DNA of 59,341 bases, from assembly GCA_964416885.1 (NCBI GenBank), contig CAYQGF010000001.1, forward strand, positions 1 to 59,341. The letters run 5' to 3'. The DNA comes from an uncultured Iamiaceae bacterium. Lineage in GTDB: Bacteria; Actinomycetota; Acidimicrobiia; Acidimicrobiales; Iamiaceae. Shown here one piece after another: positions 49,967-59,341 of the stretch. The notes below the pieces were generated by a model. It was not told where the DNA came from. It was given only the letters and a program-made list of their open reading frames with translations, and searched no databases. Position 1 is the first letter of the stretch. Every line of letters starts with the position of its first letter. A program made the translations under genes and the position numbers.

Positions 49967-50496
49967 TCAAGTTTGTTCCTCGGGGCCGCTTTGCTGCTCA
50001 CGCGAGCGACGGATGCTTTCCTTGGCCAGCTCGACAGCCCGGCCCAGGGTCTGGTTGTGAGCGAACCGGGCCGCAAGATCGTCGAGGATCGCATCTGCTT
50101 CCGCGAGGGGCACCCAGGCCTCGCCCCGGCGCGCCGCTCTTGCCTGCGCCCGAGTCGCTGCTCCGATCGACCCGACCAGGTGAGCGACTCCCTGCACACC
50201 GCACGTCCTGGTGGACAGGCCGGCGTGTGCCACCTCCTGGCCGCGTCCCAGCAGGACCTTCAGGAGCAGCCTGGGGAGAGCGGCCCACATCCGGTCGCGG
50301 TGGACTGCTGCGCAGGTACCCACACCGGCGCTGGCCCCAACTCCTCGCCGGCCGATTGAGCAACAGCGAGGAGACGGGACTTCCCCATCCCGGAGTCACC
50401 CAGGATGACCGTGAGAGGTGCGCTCGACTCCAACAGCAGGCCCAACTCGAGGTCGCGCCCGTAGAGCTGATCTCCACCGGCCTGGTCGAAACGCAA
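49967..50496 (-). pseudogene. fragmented AAA/P-loop ATPase
   Basis: LYGRDLEL...VILGDSGMGKSRLL Walker A, then frame disruption after about 70 codons. Confidence 0.6.
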
Positions 50497-50581
50497 GCCC
50501 AGTCTTGGGCTCGCCGTCCCTCGGGGTCGGAAGTCGAGACGTATTCACTCGACCCGCAGCGTACGTTGTGCCAACCTACGA

Positions 50582-50595
50582 CGAACATCGGTTCG
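50582..50595. promoter_or_regulatory. LexA (SOS) box-like site
   Basis: GACGAAC-ATCG-GTTCGTC, with perfect 7-bp arms. Confidence 0.6.
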
Positions 50596-50759
50596 TCGCC
50601 CTCCACCCACCGGAGCGCTGACGGGCCGTTCACGATGGTTAGCCCTCGAGCCCTTCGCCGGCTCCAACTGGGAAGACGGTCTCCTGGGTGACGCATTGGC
50701 CGCCGATGCGCTCACGGTACCGCCGCGGGCCCCTGTCCGAAGCGATGACCGGCCAACTA

Positions 50760-50773
50760 CGAACACATGTTTG
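50760..50773. promoter_or_regulatory. LexA (SOS) box-like site
   Basis: CGAAC-ACAT-GTTTG overlapping the internal att site. Confidence 0.6.
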
Positions 50774-50807
50774 GTGTTCGGAGGGACGATGACGACCCTG
50801 ACCCCAC
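50772..50807 (+). mobile_element. internal att-like site
   Basis: TGGTGTTCGGAGGG-13 nt-TGACCCCAC, with the same spacing as the 46976 site. Confidence 0.72.
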
Positions 50808-50855
50808 ACCCCCTCGGGCGAGGGACTTACGACGTCCCTGCGCGCTGACGAGTCA

Positions 50856-51131
50856 TCAGAGGTTGGTCACGGCTATCACGTCGACGACATCGGTGGCATA
50901 GGTATGCCGGTACCAGATCTGCACGGGACGGTCCTCGCCTTCAACCCGGAGAGCGGCCTGTCGGACCTCGTACTCCGGCTGGGCCGACAACTCTGCGAGC
51001 GGGATGCTCGGGGAGCGCCACGACTCGTCGCCGACCTCCGCCAGGAAGTGACGGGCCACCCGTTGCGCGGCCATCGACGGGGCCTCCCGCTCGACCCACC
51101 GATGGAACTCGTCGAGATCCCGCAGGGGCAC
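50856..51131 (-). CDS. small protein, putative RelE/ParE-like toxin
   Basis: 91 aa, helical N-terminus and beta-rich C-terminus (VQIWYRH..VVDVIAV); start overlaps the upstream stop (TAGTG). Confidence 0.55.
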   Translation of the reverse strand: MPLRDLDEFHRWVEREAPSMAAQRVARHFLAEVGDESWRSPSIPLAELSAQPEYEVRQAALRVEGEDRPVQIWYRHTYATDVVDVIAVTNL

Positions 51132-51343
51132 TATCGATCGGACGGCTCGGTCTGGGCCAGGAACTCCTCGCGGGTGAGGATCGGAGCGGCGGGGTCCTTG
51201 GCATCGATCCGTCGCATGGACTCGACGAGGTAGGCCCGGAACTCAGGATCGGCGAGGCTCCGCTGCGCCTCGGTCCAGGAGAGGTCAAGGGCCTCCTGGC
51301 GGGCCCGCTCCTCTGGACTCAGGTCTTCCCGACGCAACGCCAT
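51131..51343 (-). CDS. small acidic protein, putative antitoxin
   Basis: 70 aa ending ILTREEFLAQ; SD GAGGAGG and -10 TACCAT upstream. Confidence 0.6.
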   Translation of the reverse strand: MALRREDLSPEERARQEALDLSWTEAQRSLADPEFRAYLVESMRRIDAKDPAAPILTREEFLAQTEPSDR

Positions 51344-51594
51344 GAGGTCCTCCTCGTAGGGACCATGGTACCCATCGACGTGGATGTGGAGCTTCCCCTG
51401 TGGGCATTGACTACGGGATGGAGGGCGAAGCGGGGTGGTGTTCGTGCTCAGCCGGCGGCCGACCGTGGCGACTGCCGCCGCAGTCGATGGCGAGGCCCTG
51501 CGAGGAACCTCCCGGAGGGCGGAAGTGGTGGCTGCACCTCAAAGCCGGGGGGGCAACCGACGGTCCCTGTCGACTCGCGTCCTACCCTGGCAAG

Positions 51595-52302
51595 GTGGCG
51601 CTCGAGCACCTGGACCAACAACAAGGGTTCGCGCTTCTTCAGGAGATCACTTCCTCCCGGAACCTGCTCGCCTACGGCCTCCGCGTCATGCGCACCGGAG
51701 CATTCGTCGACACCACACGCGACCCGATCCTGACCATGCTGTCGATCGGGCTTGAGAAGCTCTACAAACTGACCCTCGGGTTGATCGCCCTCGACCACGA
51801 TCACCGCTGGCCGACCAAGGCCCAGATGCAGGACCAGGGTCACCGCCTCAACAAGATGCACCAGGCCGTCATGGACGAGCTGCAAGCCCGCACCTCCGAC
51901 AGGAGCGAGTACGTCCGCGGACTCCTTGCTGAGATCGAGGACGACCCTGTGGTCTCTCCCTTCGTCCGGGCGCTCGACATGTACGGTCGACAGGGACGCT
52001 TCTACTACCTCGACCACCTCGGCGATTCCCTTCAGCCGCTCAGCCCCGATGAGGTCTGGCAAGACATCGAGAACGCTGCGTCCACCGATCCTGGGGTCGC
52101 AGCGCTCTACCAGCAGGCGATGAGGGATGTCCGCAACAACGAAGCCTGGGAGCAGGCTACGAGAGCCCTACGCGATCGGATCGCCGCCGCGCTTGAGCGC
52201 GTCTGGATCGCCATCGCCGTGTGCGGTAGGAACCACGTCCTAGGTGAGACGGGAACAACCTTCGGGTTCGAGGTGCACCCCGACGCCGTCGGGCGACAGT
52301 GA
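51595..52302 (+). CDS. hypothetical protein, HEPN-like
   Basis: LSIGLEKLYKL...GHRL...RFYYLD; -10 TACCCT 6 nt before the GTG. Confidence 0.7.
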   Translation: MALEHLDQQQGFALLQEITSSRNLLAYGLRVMRTGAFVDTTRDPILTMLSIGLEKLYKLTLGLIALDHDHRWPTKAQMQDQGHRLNKMHQAVMDELQARTSDRSEYVRGLLAEIEDDPVVSPFVRALDMYGRQGRFYYLDHLGDSLQPLSPDEVWQDIENAASTDPGVAALYQQAMRDVRNNEAWEQATRALRDRIAAALERVWIAIAVCGRNHVLGETGTTFGFEVHPDAVGRQ

Positions 52303-52916
52303 GGGCAGGCTCGGCTCCTGCATAGAGCGCTCTTGATCCATCGGTGGGATACGGACCGCCGTGGGTCCTCTCGAACGAGGAGTCGCGCAAGTCTCGCTTC
52401 CGCGTCCCGACGGTGGCTACCCCCATCGCCGACACCAGATTTGGAGGAGGGGCTGGATCTGGTCGAACGGATGGGCCCCGAGCGAGACGTAGCCGTCGCC
52501 GACCGGCGAGTCCTTGGCGGCATCGCGCTCTTTCCGTGGTGCAGGCGGCACCGCCGACACGGGTCCGGGCGGGGTCCCTCAGGGGCCGGATGTTGGTGGG
52601 CATGGGGTGATCGGACCGGATCCGCGTCCCGGCGTAGGTCCCGGGAACAGGCCCGGGGGAGGGTGCACACCTTTGGTGATTATCTGTGTGTGGTTGATGG
52701 GGTTGGTCCCGGTGCGTGGCCCGGTGGCGATCTCGTCCGGCGAGGCACGGGGTCTCGCGTCGCAGCCGCGCGAGGGGCCAGCGTTGAACCTGAGAATGGC
52801 CAGTAGTACGCAGGAGGCACGTGGTGCCTTCCGGCGTCACGACAACGAGATGAGTGGCCCCGGCGCAGCTGGAACCTGCCCGGGGCCGTGGCCGGAACCC
52901 CCGAGGAGGTCCCGAC

Positions 52917-53081
52917 ATGGTCGAGAGTACGCGTCCACCCTCACGGGCTGTGCCCGAGCCGCCCTGGCCCGGCGGGTTGATGCCGGAGGTCGAGCTTGCC
53001 AGGCAAGGTGCCCGGGTCGGCGTGGTGGGGATGCCGGTCTCAAGCGGACCGGCACCGGGCAGGAGCGGATCCGATGCCTGA
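52917..53081 (+). CDS. small leader ORF (tentative)
   Basis: Strong SD GAGGAGG; stop overlaps the next ATG (ATGCCTGA). Confidence 0.4.
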   Translation: MVESTRPPSRAVPEPPWPGGLMPEVELARQGARVGVVGMPVSSGPAPGRSGSDA

Positions 53082-53493
53082 ACGCCCCGCTCCCTCACCC
53101 GCCGAGTCCGGCCGGGGCCCCGTCACGGGCGGAACCGGGGCGAACCGGGAGGTCGACGACGAGATCGCCGTCCGTCGGATCGTGATCGTCGACGATGATG
53201 ACGTCGTTCGCATCATCCTGACCACCTCAGCCGAAGGAGACGGGCAGATCAGCCTGCACGACGCCGACGGCTTCACCCGAGCCACCCTCACCGCCACGCA
53301 GGACGTGGCCTCGCTCGCCCTGAACGGCCGCTCGGGCTCCGGCGAAGCCACCCGCGTCGAGGTCGTGGCGCTCGACCCCGGCGACGGCGACGGCGCCTAC
53401 GTCGGCGTCGAGCTGGTCGACCGGGGCAACGGCGTGGCCGGGTTCAGCCTCCACGAAGGCCGCCCACCCCAGATCTGGACGGCACCCGACTGA
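53074..53493 (+). CDS. hypothetical beta-rich protein
   Basis: SD AGGAG; RRIVIVDDDDVVRIILT..ISLHDADGFTRATL. Confidence 0.65.
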   Translation: MPERPAPSPAESGRGPVTGGTGANREVDDEIAVRRIVIVDDDDVVRIILTTSAEGDGQISLHDADGFTRATLTATQDVASLALNGRSGSGEATRVEVVALDPGDGDGAYVGVELVDRGNGVAGFSLHEGRPPQIWTAPD

Positions 53494-53676
53494 TCTCACC
53501 GCCGGTCGACGAGGGACCTTGGGCGGCTCTCCGGTCGTCGGGAGTAGGCCCGGGACGAAGATCGGGACCAACTCCGGGACCGGGCGAGGCCCGTCGGGAG
53601 CGTGGAGCCCACGTCCGATCGGACCGGGTGCAGAGCGGGGAGGTGATCCGGGACCGGGCGTCGGCAGTGTGCCGTC

Positions 53677-53841
53677 ATGCCCAGCGACCGGACCGCCCCC
53701 GCCGTCCGGGTCGCGCCCGACCGCCTGGCGCCGGACCTGTCTCCCGGCGCCGCGCAGGTCCTCTTGCGGATCCTTCGCCGCGCTCACGAGCGGCAGGGCG
53801 CCGAGGCCACGGAACCTGAGAGACGGCGCGACGTAGCGTGA
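53677..53841 (+). CDS. small ORF directly upstream of the integrase (54 aa)
   Basis: MPSDRTAPAVRVAPDRLAPDLSPGAAQVLLRILRRAHERQ...; stop 1 nt before the integrase GTG; below the ORF-track cutoff. Confidence 0.6.
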   Translation: MPSDRTAPAVRVAPDRLAPDLSPGAAQVLLRILRRAHERQGAEATEPERRRDVA

Positions 53842-53842
53842 C

Positions 53843-55489
53843 GTGATGAAGCGGTTCGCGTTCTACGGCCGGGTCAGCACCGAGGACCAGCAGGACCCGA
53901 AGTCCTCCCGCAACTGGCAGCTCGCCCGAGCCCGGCAGATCATCGAACCCGACGGCGAGGTCGTCGCCGAGTACTTCGACATCGGGCAGTCACGCTCGCT
54001 GCCGTGGAAGCGCCGACCCGAGGCGGCCCGACTGCTCGACGCGTTCCGTAACCCCGGCCGAGGGTTCGACGCCGTGGTGATCGGTGAGCCGCAGCGGGCG
54101 TTCTACGGCAACCAGTTCGGGCTCACGTTCCCCGTCTTCACGCACTACGGCATCGGACTGTGGGTCCCGGAGGTCGGCGGCGCCGTCGACCCGGGCTCGG
54201 AGGCGCACGATCTGGTCATGTCGCTCTACGGCGGGATGAGCAAGGGCGAGCGCATGCGGATCAAGACCCGGGTCCGCACCGCCATGGCCAGCCAGGCGGC
54301 CATCGAAGGTCGGTTCCTCGGCGGGCGGCCGCCGTACGGCTACCAGCTCGCCGACGCCGGGCCGCATCCCAACCCGGGCAAGGCGGCCACCGGGCAGCGG
54401 CTGCGGCGGCTGGCGCCGGACCCGGTCGCGGCGCCGGTGGTGCAGCGGATCTTCGAGGAGTACGCCGCCGGGCACGGGCTGCACCGGATCGCATCCGGTC
54501 TGAACCAGGACGCCATCCCCTCGCCTGCCGCCCACGACCCGGCCCGCAACCGGCACCGGGCCGACGGGCACGGGCGATGGGCGAAGTCGGCCGTGCGGGC
54601 GATCCTCGGCAACCCCCGCTACACGGGCTTCGAGGTCTGGAACAAGCAACGCAAGGACGAGGTGCTCGTCGACGTCGAGGACGTCGCCCTCGGCCACGTC
54701 ACCAAGCAGCGGTGGAACGACAAGGACGACTGGATCTGGTCGGCCGAGCCGACCCACGAGGCCCTCGTCAGCCGGGAGCTGTTCGACGCCGTCCAGGCGA
54801 TGTTCGGCACCAGGCGGGGCCCGACGACCAGGACGCCGATCAAGGGCCGGCGCTACGTGCTCTCGGGCCTTCTGCACTGCGACCTCTGCGGGCGGCGGAT
54901 GCAGGGTCAGTGGACCCACGGGCAGGCCTACTACCGGTGCAAGTTCGTCGACGAGTACCCCGGCGGGGACGAACGGCACCCCAAGAACGTCTACGTCCGG
55001 GAAGCGGCGATCACGCCCGGGCTCGACGAGTGGCTCGGCTCGCTGTTCGACGACGAACACCTCGACGGCACCTGTGCGGCGCTCGCCGGCGTGTCCGAGC
55101 CCGATCCCGAAGCCGAGAAGCGGGACGCCGACCTCCGGACCAAGATCGCCGACTGCGACCGACGGATCCGCAACTACAAGGTCCTCCTCGACGACGAGGA
55201 CACGATCAGCCTCGCTGCTGGGTGGATCGCCGAGGTCCAGCGCGAGCGGAAGGACCTCGAGCGTCAGCTCGGGCGGCACGTGCCCGGCGGGGAGCTGACC
55301 GCCGACGAGGTGAAGGCACTGGTCACCGCGCTCAAGGACATCGTCAGCGTGCTCGCCGAGGCGGAGCCCGCGGACAAGGCCGAGCTCTACGAGCAACTCG
55401 GTGTCCGCCTGCGGTACGACCCCTCCGGCTCGGTCTCGGTGGAGTCCGAGCCTCGTGGGGTCACCGTTGGTGTCGGAGGGGGGACTTGA
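53843..55489 (+). CDS. large serine recombinase (integrase)
   Basis: FYGRVSTEDQQ catalytic Ser, GGRPPYGY, ILGNPRYTG, HEALVS, Zn ribbon LSGLLHCDLCG..YYRC, coiled coil. Confidence 0.97.
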   Translation: MMKRFAFYGRVSTEDQQDPKSSRNWQLARARQIIEPDGEVVAEYFDIGQSRSLPWKRRPEAARLLDAFRNPGRGFDAVVIGEPQRAFYGNQFGLTFPVFTHYGIGLWVPEVGGAVDPGSEAHDLVMSLYGGMSKGERMRIKTRVRTAMASQAAIEGRFLGGRPPYGYQLADAGPHPNPGKAATGQRLRRLAPDPVAAPVVQRIFEEYAAGHGLHRIASGLNQDAIPSPAAHDPARNRHRADGHGRWAKSAVRAILGNPRYTGFEVWNKQRKDEVLVDVEDVALGHVTKQRWNDKDDWIWSAEPTHEALVSRELFDAVQAMFGTRRGPTTRTPIKGRRYVLSGLLHCDLCGRRMQGQWTHGQAYYRCKFVDEYPGGDERHPKNVYVREAAITPGLDEWLGSLFDDEHLDGTCAALAGVSEPDPEAEKRDADLRTKIADCDRRIRNYKVLLDDEDTISLAAGWIAEVQRERKDLERQLGRHVPGGELTADEVKALVTALKDIVSVLAEAEPADKAELYEQLGVRLRYDPSGSVSVESEPRGVTVGVGGGT

Positions 55490-55554
55490 ACCCCCACGCC
55501 CTAACGGGCACTAGCCCCTCAAGCTAGCGCGTCTGCCAATTCCGCCACTCCGAC
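55468..55554 (-). tRNA. tRNA-Leu(GAG)
   Basis: GTCGGAGTGGCGGAATTGGCAGACGCGCTAGCTT-GAG-GGGCTAGTGCCCGTTAGGGCGTGGGGGTTCAAGTCCCCCCTCCGACACCA; long variable arm, encoded CCA. Confidence 0.97.
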
Positions 55555-55620
55555 GTGGTGGGCCGCTCAACGTACCACGGAGCCCCGTCGGGGCCCCAAG
55601 TCGATCCCCGGTGGGACCGC

Positions 55621-55854
55621 TCAGCTGTTGGTGAGGAGCATCCCGAGTGCGATGGTGGTGAAGCTCCAGATCAGGGAGACCACGACCGTGAGCCGGTTGA
55701 GGTTCTTCTCCATCACCGTCGACCCCGCGGCGGAGGCACCGATGCCGCCGCCGAACATGTCCGAGAGACCTCCGCCCTTCCCGCTGTGCAGCAGGACCAA
55801 GACGATGAGGATCCCCGACGCGACGAGGTGGAGAGGCGTCACCAACCAGAGCAC
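55621..55854 (-). CDS. secG: preprotein translocase subunit SecG
   Basis: LVLLHSGKGGGLSDMFGGG...EKNLNRLT; secG followed by tRNA-Leu is conserved synteny. Confidence 0.95.
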   Translation of the reverse strand: MLWLVTPLHLVASGILIVLVLLHSGKGGGLSDMFGGGIGASAAGSTVMEKNLNRLTVVVSLIWSFTTIALGMLLTNS

Positions 55855-55938
55855 GCCGTCACTCTAGCGACGTGGCCTGGTCCCGGACAGATCGCGCCGG
55901 CGCCGGCGCCGCGCCGGGAGCCAGACGCCAGGCCCGGC

Positions 55939-56999
55939 TCAGAGCATCACGCGGACCTTGGGGAAGTGGCAGGCCACTCCGTGGCCGGGGTCGTCCCCAG
56001 CGCCGGGCCCGAGGACGGGGTCGAGCTCGGAGCAGGCCGACGTGTCCTCGCCCGCCTCCTCGAGCTCCGCCTTGCGCCAGCACCGGGTCCGGAAGCGGCA
56101 GCCCGACGGCGGGTTGGCCGGGTTGGGCGGGTCGCCCTGGAGCACGATGCGCTGCCGGGCCCGCTGCTTGCGGGGGTCGGGCAACGGCACGGCCGACAGC
56201 AGCGCCTGCGTGTAGGGGTGCACCGGCCGGTCGTACAGGTCGTCGGCGGAGCCCATCTCGACGATCTTGCCCAGGTACATCACCCCCACCTGGTCCGAGG
56301 TGTGCCGCACCACCGACAGGTCGTGGGCGATGAACAGGTAGGCCAGGCCCATCTCGTCCTGGATGTCCTCCAGCAGGTTGACGACCCCGGCCTGGATCGA
56401 GACGTCGAGCGCGGAGACCGGTTCGTCGAGCACGAGGAGGTCCGGGTCGAGGGCCAGCGCCCGAGCGATGCCGATGCGCTGGCGCTGCCCGCCGGAGAAC
56501 TCGTGGGGGTACCGGTTGGCGTGCTCGGGCCGGAGCCCGACCAGCTCCATGAGGTCGCGCACCTTGGCCTCGCCACCGCCGTTCCAGCGCCCGTGCACCT
56601 TGAGCGGTTCGCTCACGATCGACTGCACCGTCTGGCGAGGGTTGAGCGACGCGTAGGGATCCTGGAACACGATCTGCATCCGACGGCGGAGCGACCGCAT
56701 CTCCTTGGGCCCCGCGGTCTGCACGTCGACCCCGTCGAACACCACCGAGCCCGACGTGGCCTCGAGCAGCCGCATCACCAGCCGCCCGGTGGTGGACTTC
56801 CCGCACCCCGACTCCCCCACCAGGCCCAGCGTCTGGCCCCGACGGAGCTGGAAGCTCACCCCCGACACCGCCTGCACCGCCCCGACCTGGCGACCGAAGA
56901 AGCCGGCGCGGACCGGGAAGTGCTTCCCCAGGTCGGTGACCTCGAGCAACGGCGGACCGTCGAAGCCCCGGTCGACACCCTTCGTCATGTCGACGCCGC

Positions 57000-57003
<4 letters not shown>
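55939..57003 (-). CDS. oppF: oligopeptide/dipeptide ABC transporter ATPase (OppF-like)
   Basis: [45 protein letters not shown]. Confidence 0.93.
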
Positions 57004-58126
<1,123 letters not shown>

Positions 58127-58130
<4 letters not shown>

Positions 58131-59167
58131 CGGCGGGACTGGGGGTCGAAGGCGTCACGCAGGCCGTCGCCCACGAAGTTGACGCACAGCACGGTCAGGA
58201 GGATGAACAGCCCCGGGAAGTAGAGCAGGTGCTCGTTGAACGAGATGTTGGCCCTCGCCTCCTGGAGCATGTTGCCCCACGACGTCTCGGGGGGTCGGAC
58301 GCCGAAGCCGAGGAAGCTCAGGGTCGACTCGGCCACGATCGCCACCGCGATGGCCAGGGTGGCGTTGACGACGATCGGGCCGATGCAGTTCGGCAACAGG
58401 TGGCGGACGATGATCCGCCCGTTGGAGGCCCCGATGGCCCGCGCCGCCTCGATGAACTCCTTCTCCTTCACCGACAGGATCTGGCCCCGCACCACCCGCG
58501 CGATCGACATCCACCCCAGGAAGGCCAGCACCAAGATGATGATCGTGTCGGTGCCGAAGCGGGGGTTGCCGCCGGGACCGTCCTGGATCCAGCGGCCGAT
58601 CGGGTTCTCGTTCGACTGCGTGAACTTCACCGCCACCGCCAGCACCGCGATGGCCGGGACGATCAGGAACAGGTCGGTGACACGCATCAGCACCTGGTCG
58701 ACCCAGCGCCCGTAGAACCCGGCGAGCGCCCCGGTCACGGTGCCCACGAAGGTCGAGAGCACGGCGACGGCGAGGCCGATCTTGAGCGAGATCTGACCGG
58801 CGTAGATCACCCGGGCGAAGTAGTCGCGCCCGAGGCTGTCAGTACCGAACCAGTGCTCGGTGCTCGGAGGCTGGACACCGGTACGGGGGCTCAGGGTGGT
58901 GGGGTCCTTCGGCACCCAGACGCTGGCGAAGAACACCGCCAGGCACAAGATGGCGAGCACGACGAGCCCGATCATCGCCAGCTTGTGGCGGACGAACCGC
59001 CGTCGGAACAGCTGCCACTGGCTCCGGGGCGGAACGGCGCCGACCTCGGAGCCGACCTCCTCCGCCGCCGTCTCGTCGGCCACGATCTCGGCGTAGGCGG
59101 CCTCGGGGTCGCCCGCTGCGGTGCCCGACGAGGGCCGGCTGCCGTCGGAGCGGCTGGTGGTCGTCAC
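58127..59167 (-). CDS. oppC: peptide ABC transporter permease (OppC-like)
   Basis: HWFGTDSLGRD, EFIEAARAIGAS, NFVGDGLRDAFDP. Confidence 0.93.
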
Positions 59168-59341
59168 GAGAGCCGGATCCGGGGGTCGAGGACGCTGTAC
59201 AGCACGTCGGCGAGCAGGTTGAAGGCGATCACGAACACGGCGACCACGATCATCCACGCCTCGAGCACGGCGACGTCACCGTTGATGAGGGCCTGGACGA
59301 ACAGCCGGCCCATCCCGGCGATCGAGAAGATCGTCTCGGTG
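59164..59341 (-). CDS. oppB: peptide ABC transporter permease (OppB-like), 3' end only
   Basis: TETIFSIAGMGRL...FNLLADVLYSVLDPRIR; runs off the window edge. Confidence 0.9.
   Translation of the reverse strand, partial: TETIFSIAGMGRLFVQALINGDVAVLEAWMIVVAVFVIAFNLLADVLYSVLDPRIRLS

Larger units (their letters stand above)
46976..55481. mobile_element. serine-recombinase genomic island(s) integrated at tRNA-Leu(GAG)
   Basis: Bounded by a 14-bp direct repeat of the tRNA 3' end; integrase at the tRNA end; visibly more A/T-rich cargo. Confidence 0.8.

Noticed and set aside
52420..52440. Inverted att-like match CCGACACCA (tRNA 3' end)
   Set aside because: Only a 9-bp match; lacks the GGAGGG core, the TGACCCCAC arm and the homologous peptide tail, so it may be chance.

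Overview
High-GC actinobacterial chromosome segment. The 16S V1 sequence and gene content suggest Acidimicrobiia (Iamia/Microtrichales-like); this is an inference, not a database result. The window starts at the 5' end of an rRNA operon (minus strand, tandem promoters, boxA). It continues through housekeeping and catabolic genes: tyrS, MPG glycosylase, manA, a Ski2/HelY-like helicase, a GH16 lipoprotein, an amidase, F420/flavin oxidoreductases and hydrolases. A compact DosR/DevR-like cluster follows (22.9-30.8 kb) with six GGGAC-N4-GTCCC-type boxes, then an in-frame MerR-PurC fusion behind a MerR-type promoter, an APH-family kinase and metG. An accessory region ends in a large serine recombinase whose 3' end overlaps tRNA-Leu(GAG), followed by secG and an opp operon. 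The main observation is two upstream att-like sites (46976 and 50772). They carry the inverted-repeat partner of the integrase 3' end and encode homologous 22-codon in-frame tails. This implies attP lies inside the integrase gene, so excision would swap the integrase C-terminus. The two stacked islands carry HEPN-like genes, a putative toxin-antitoxin pair and LexA-like boxes.
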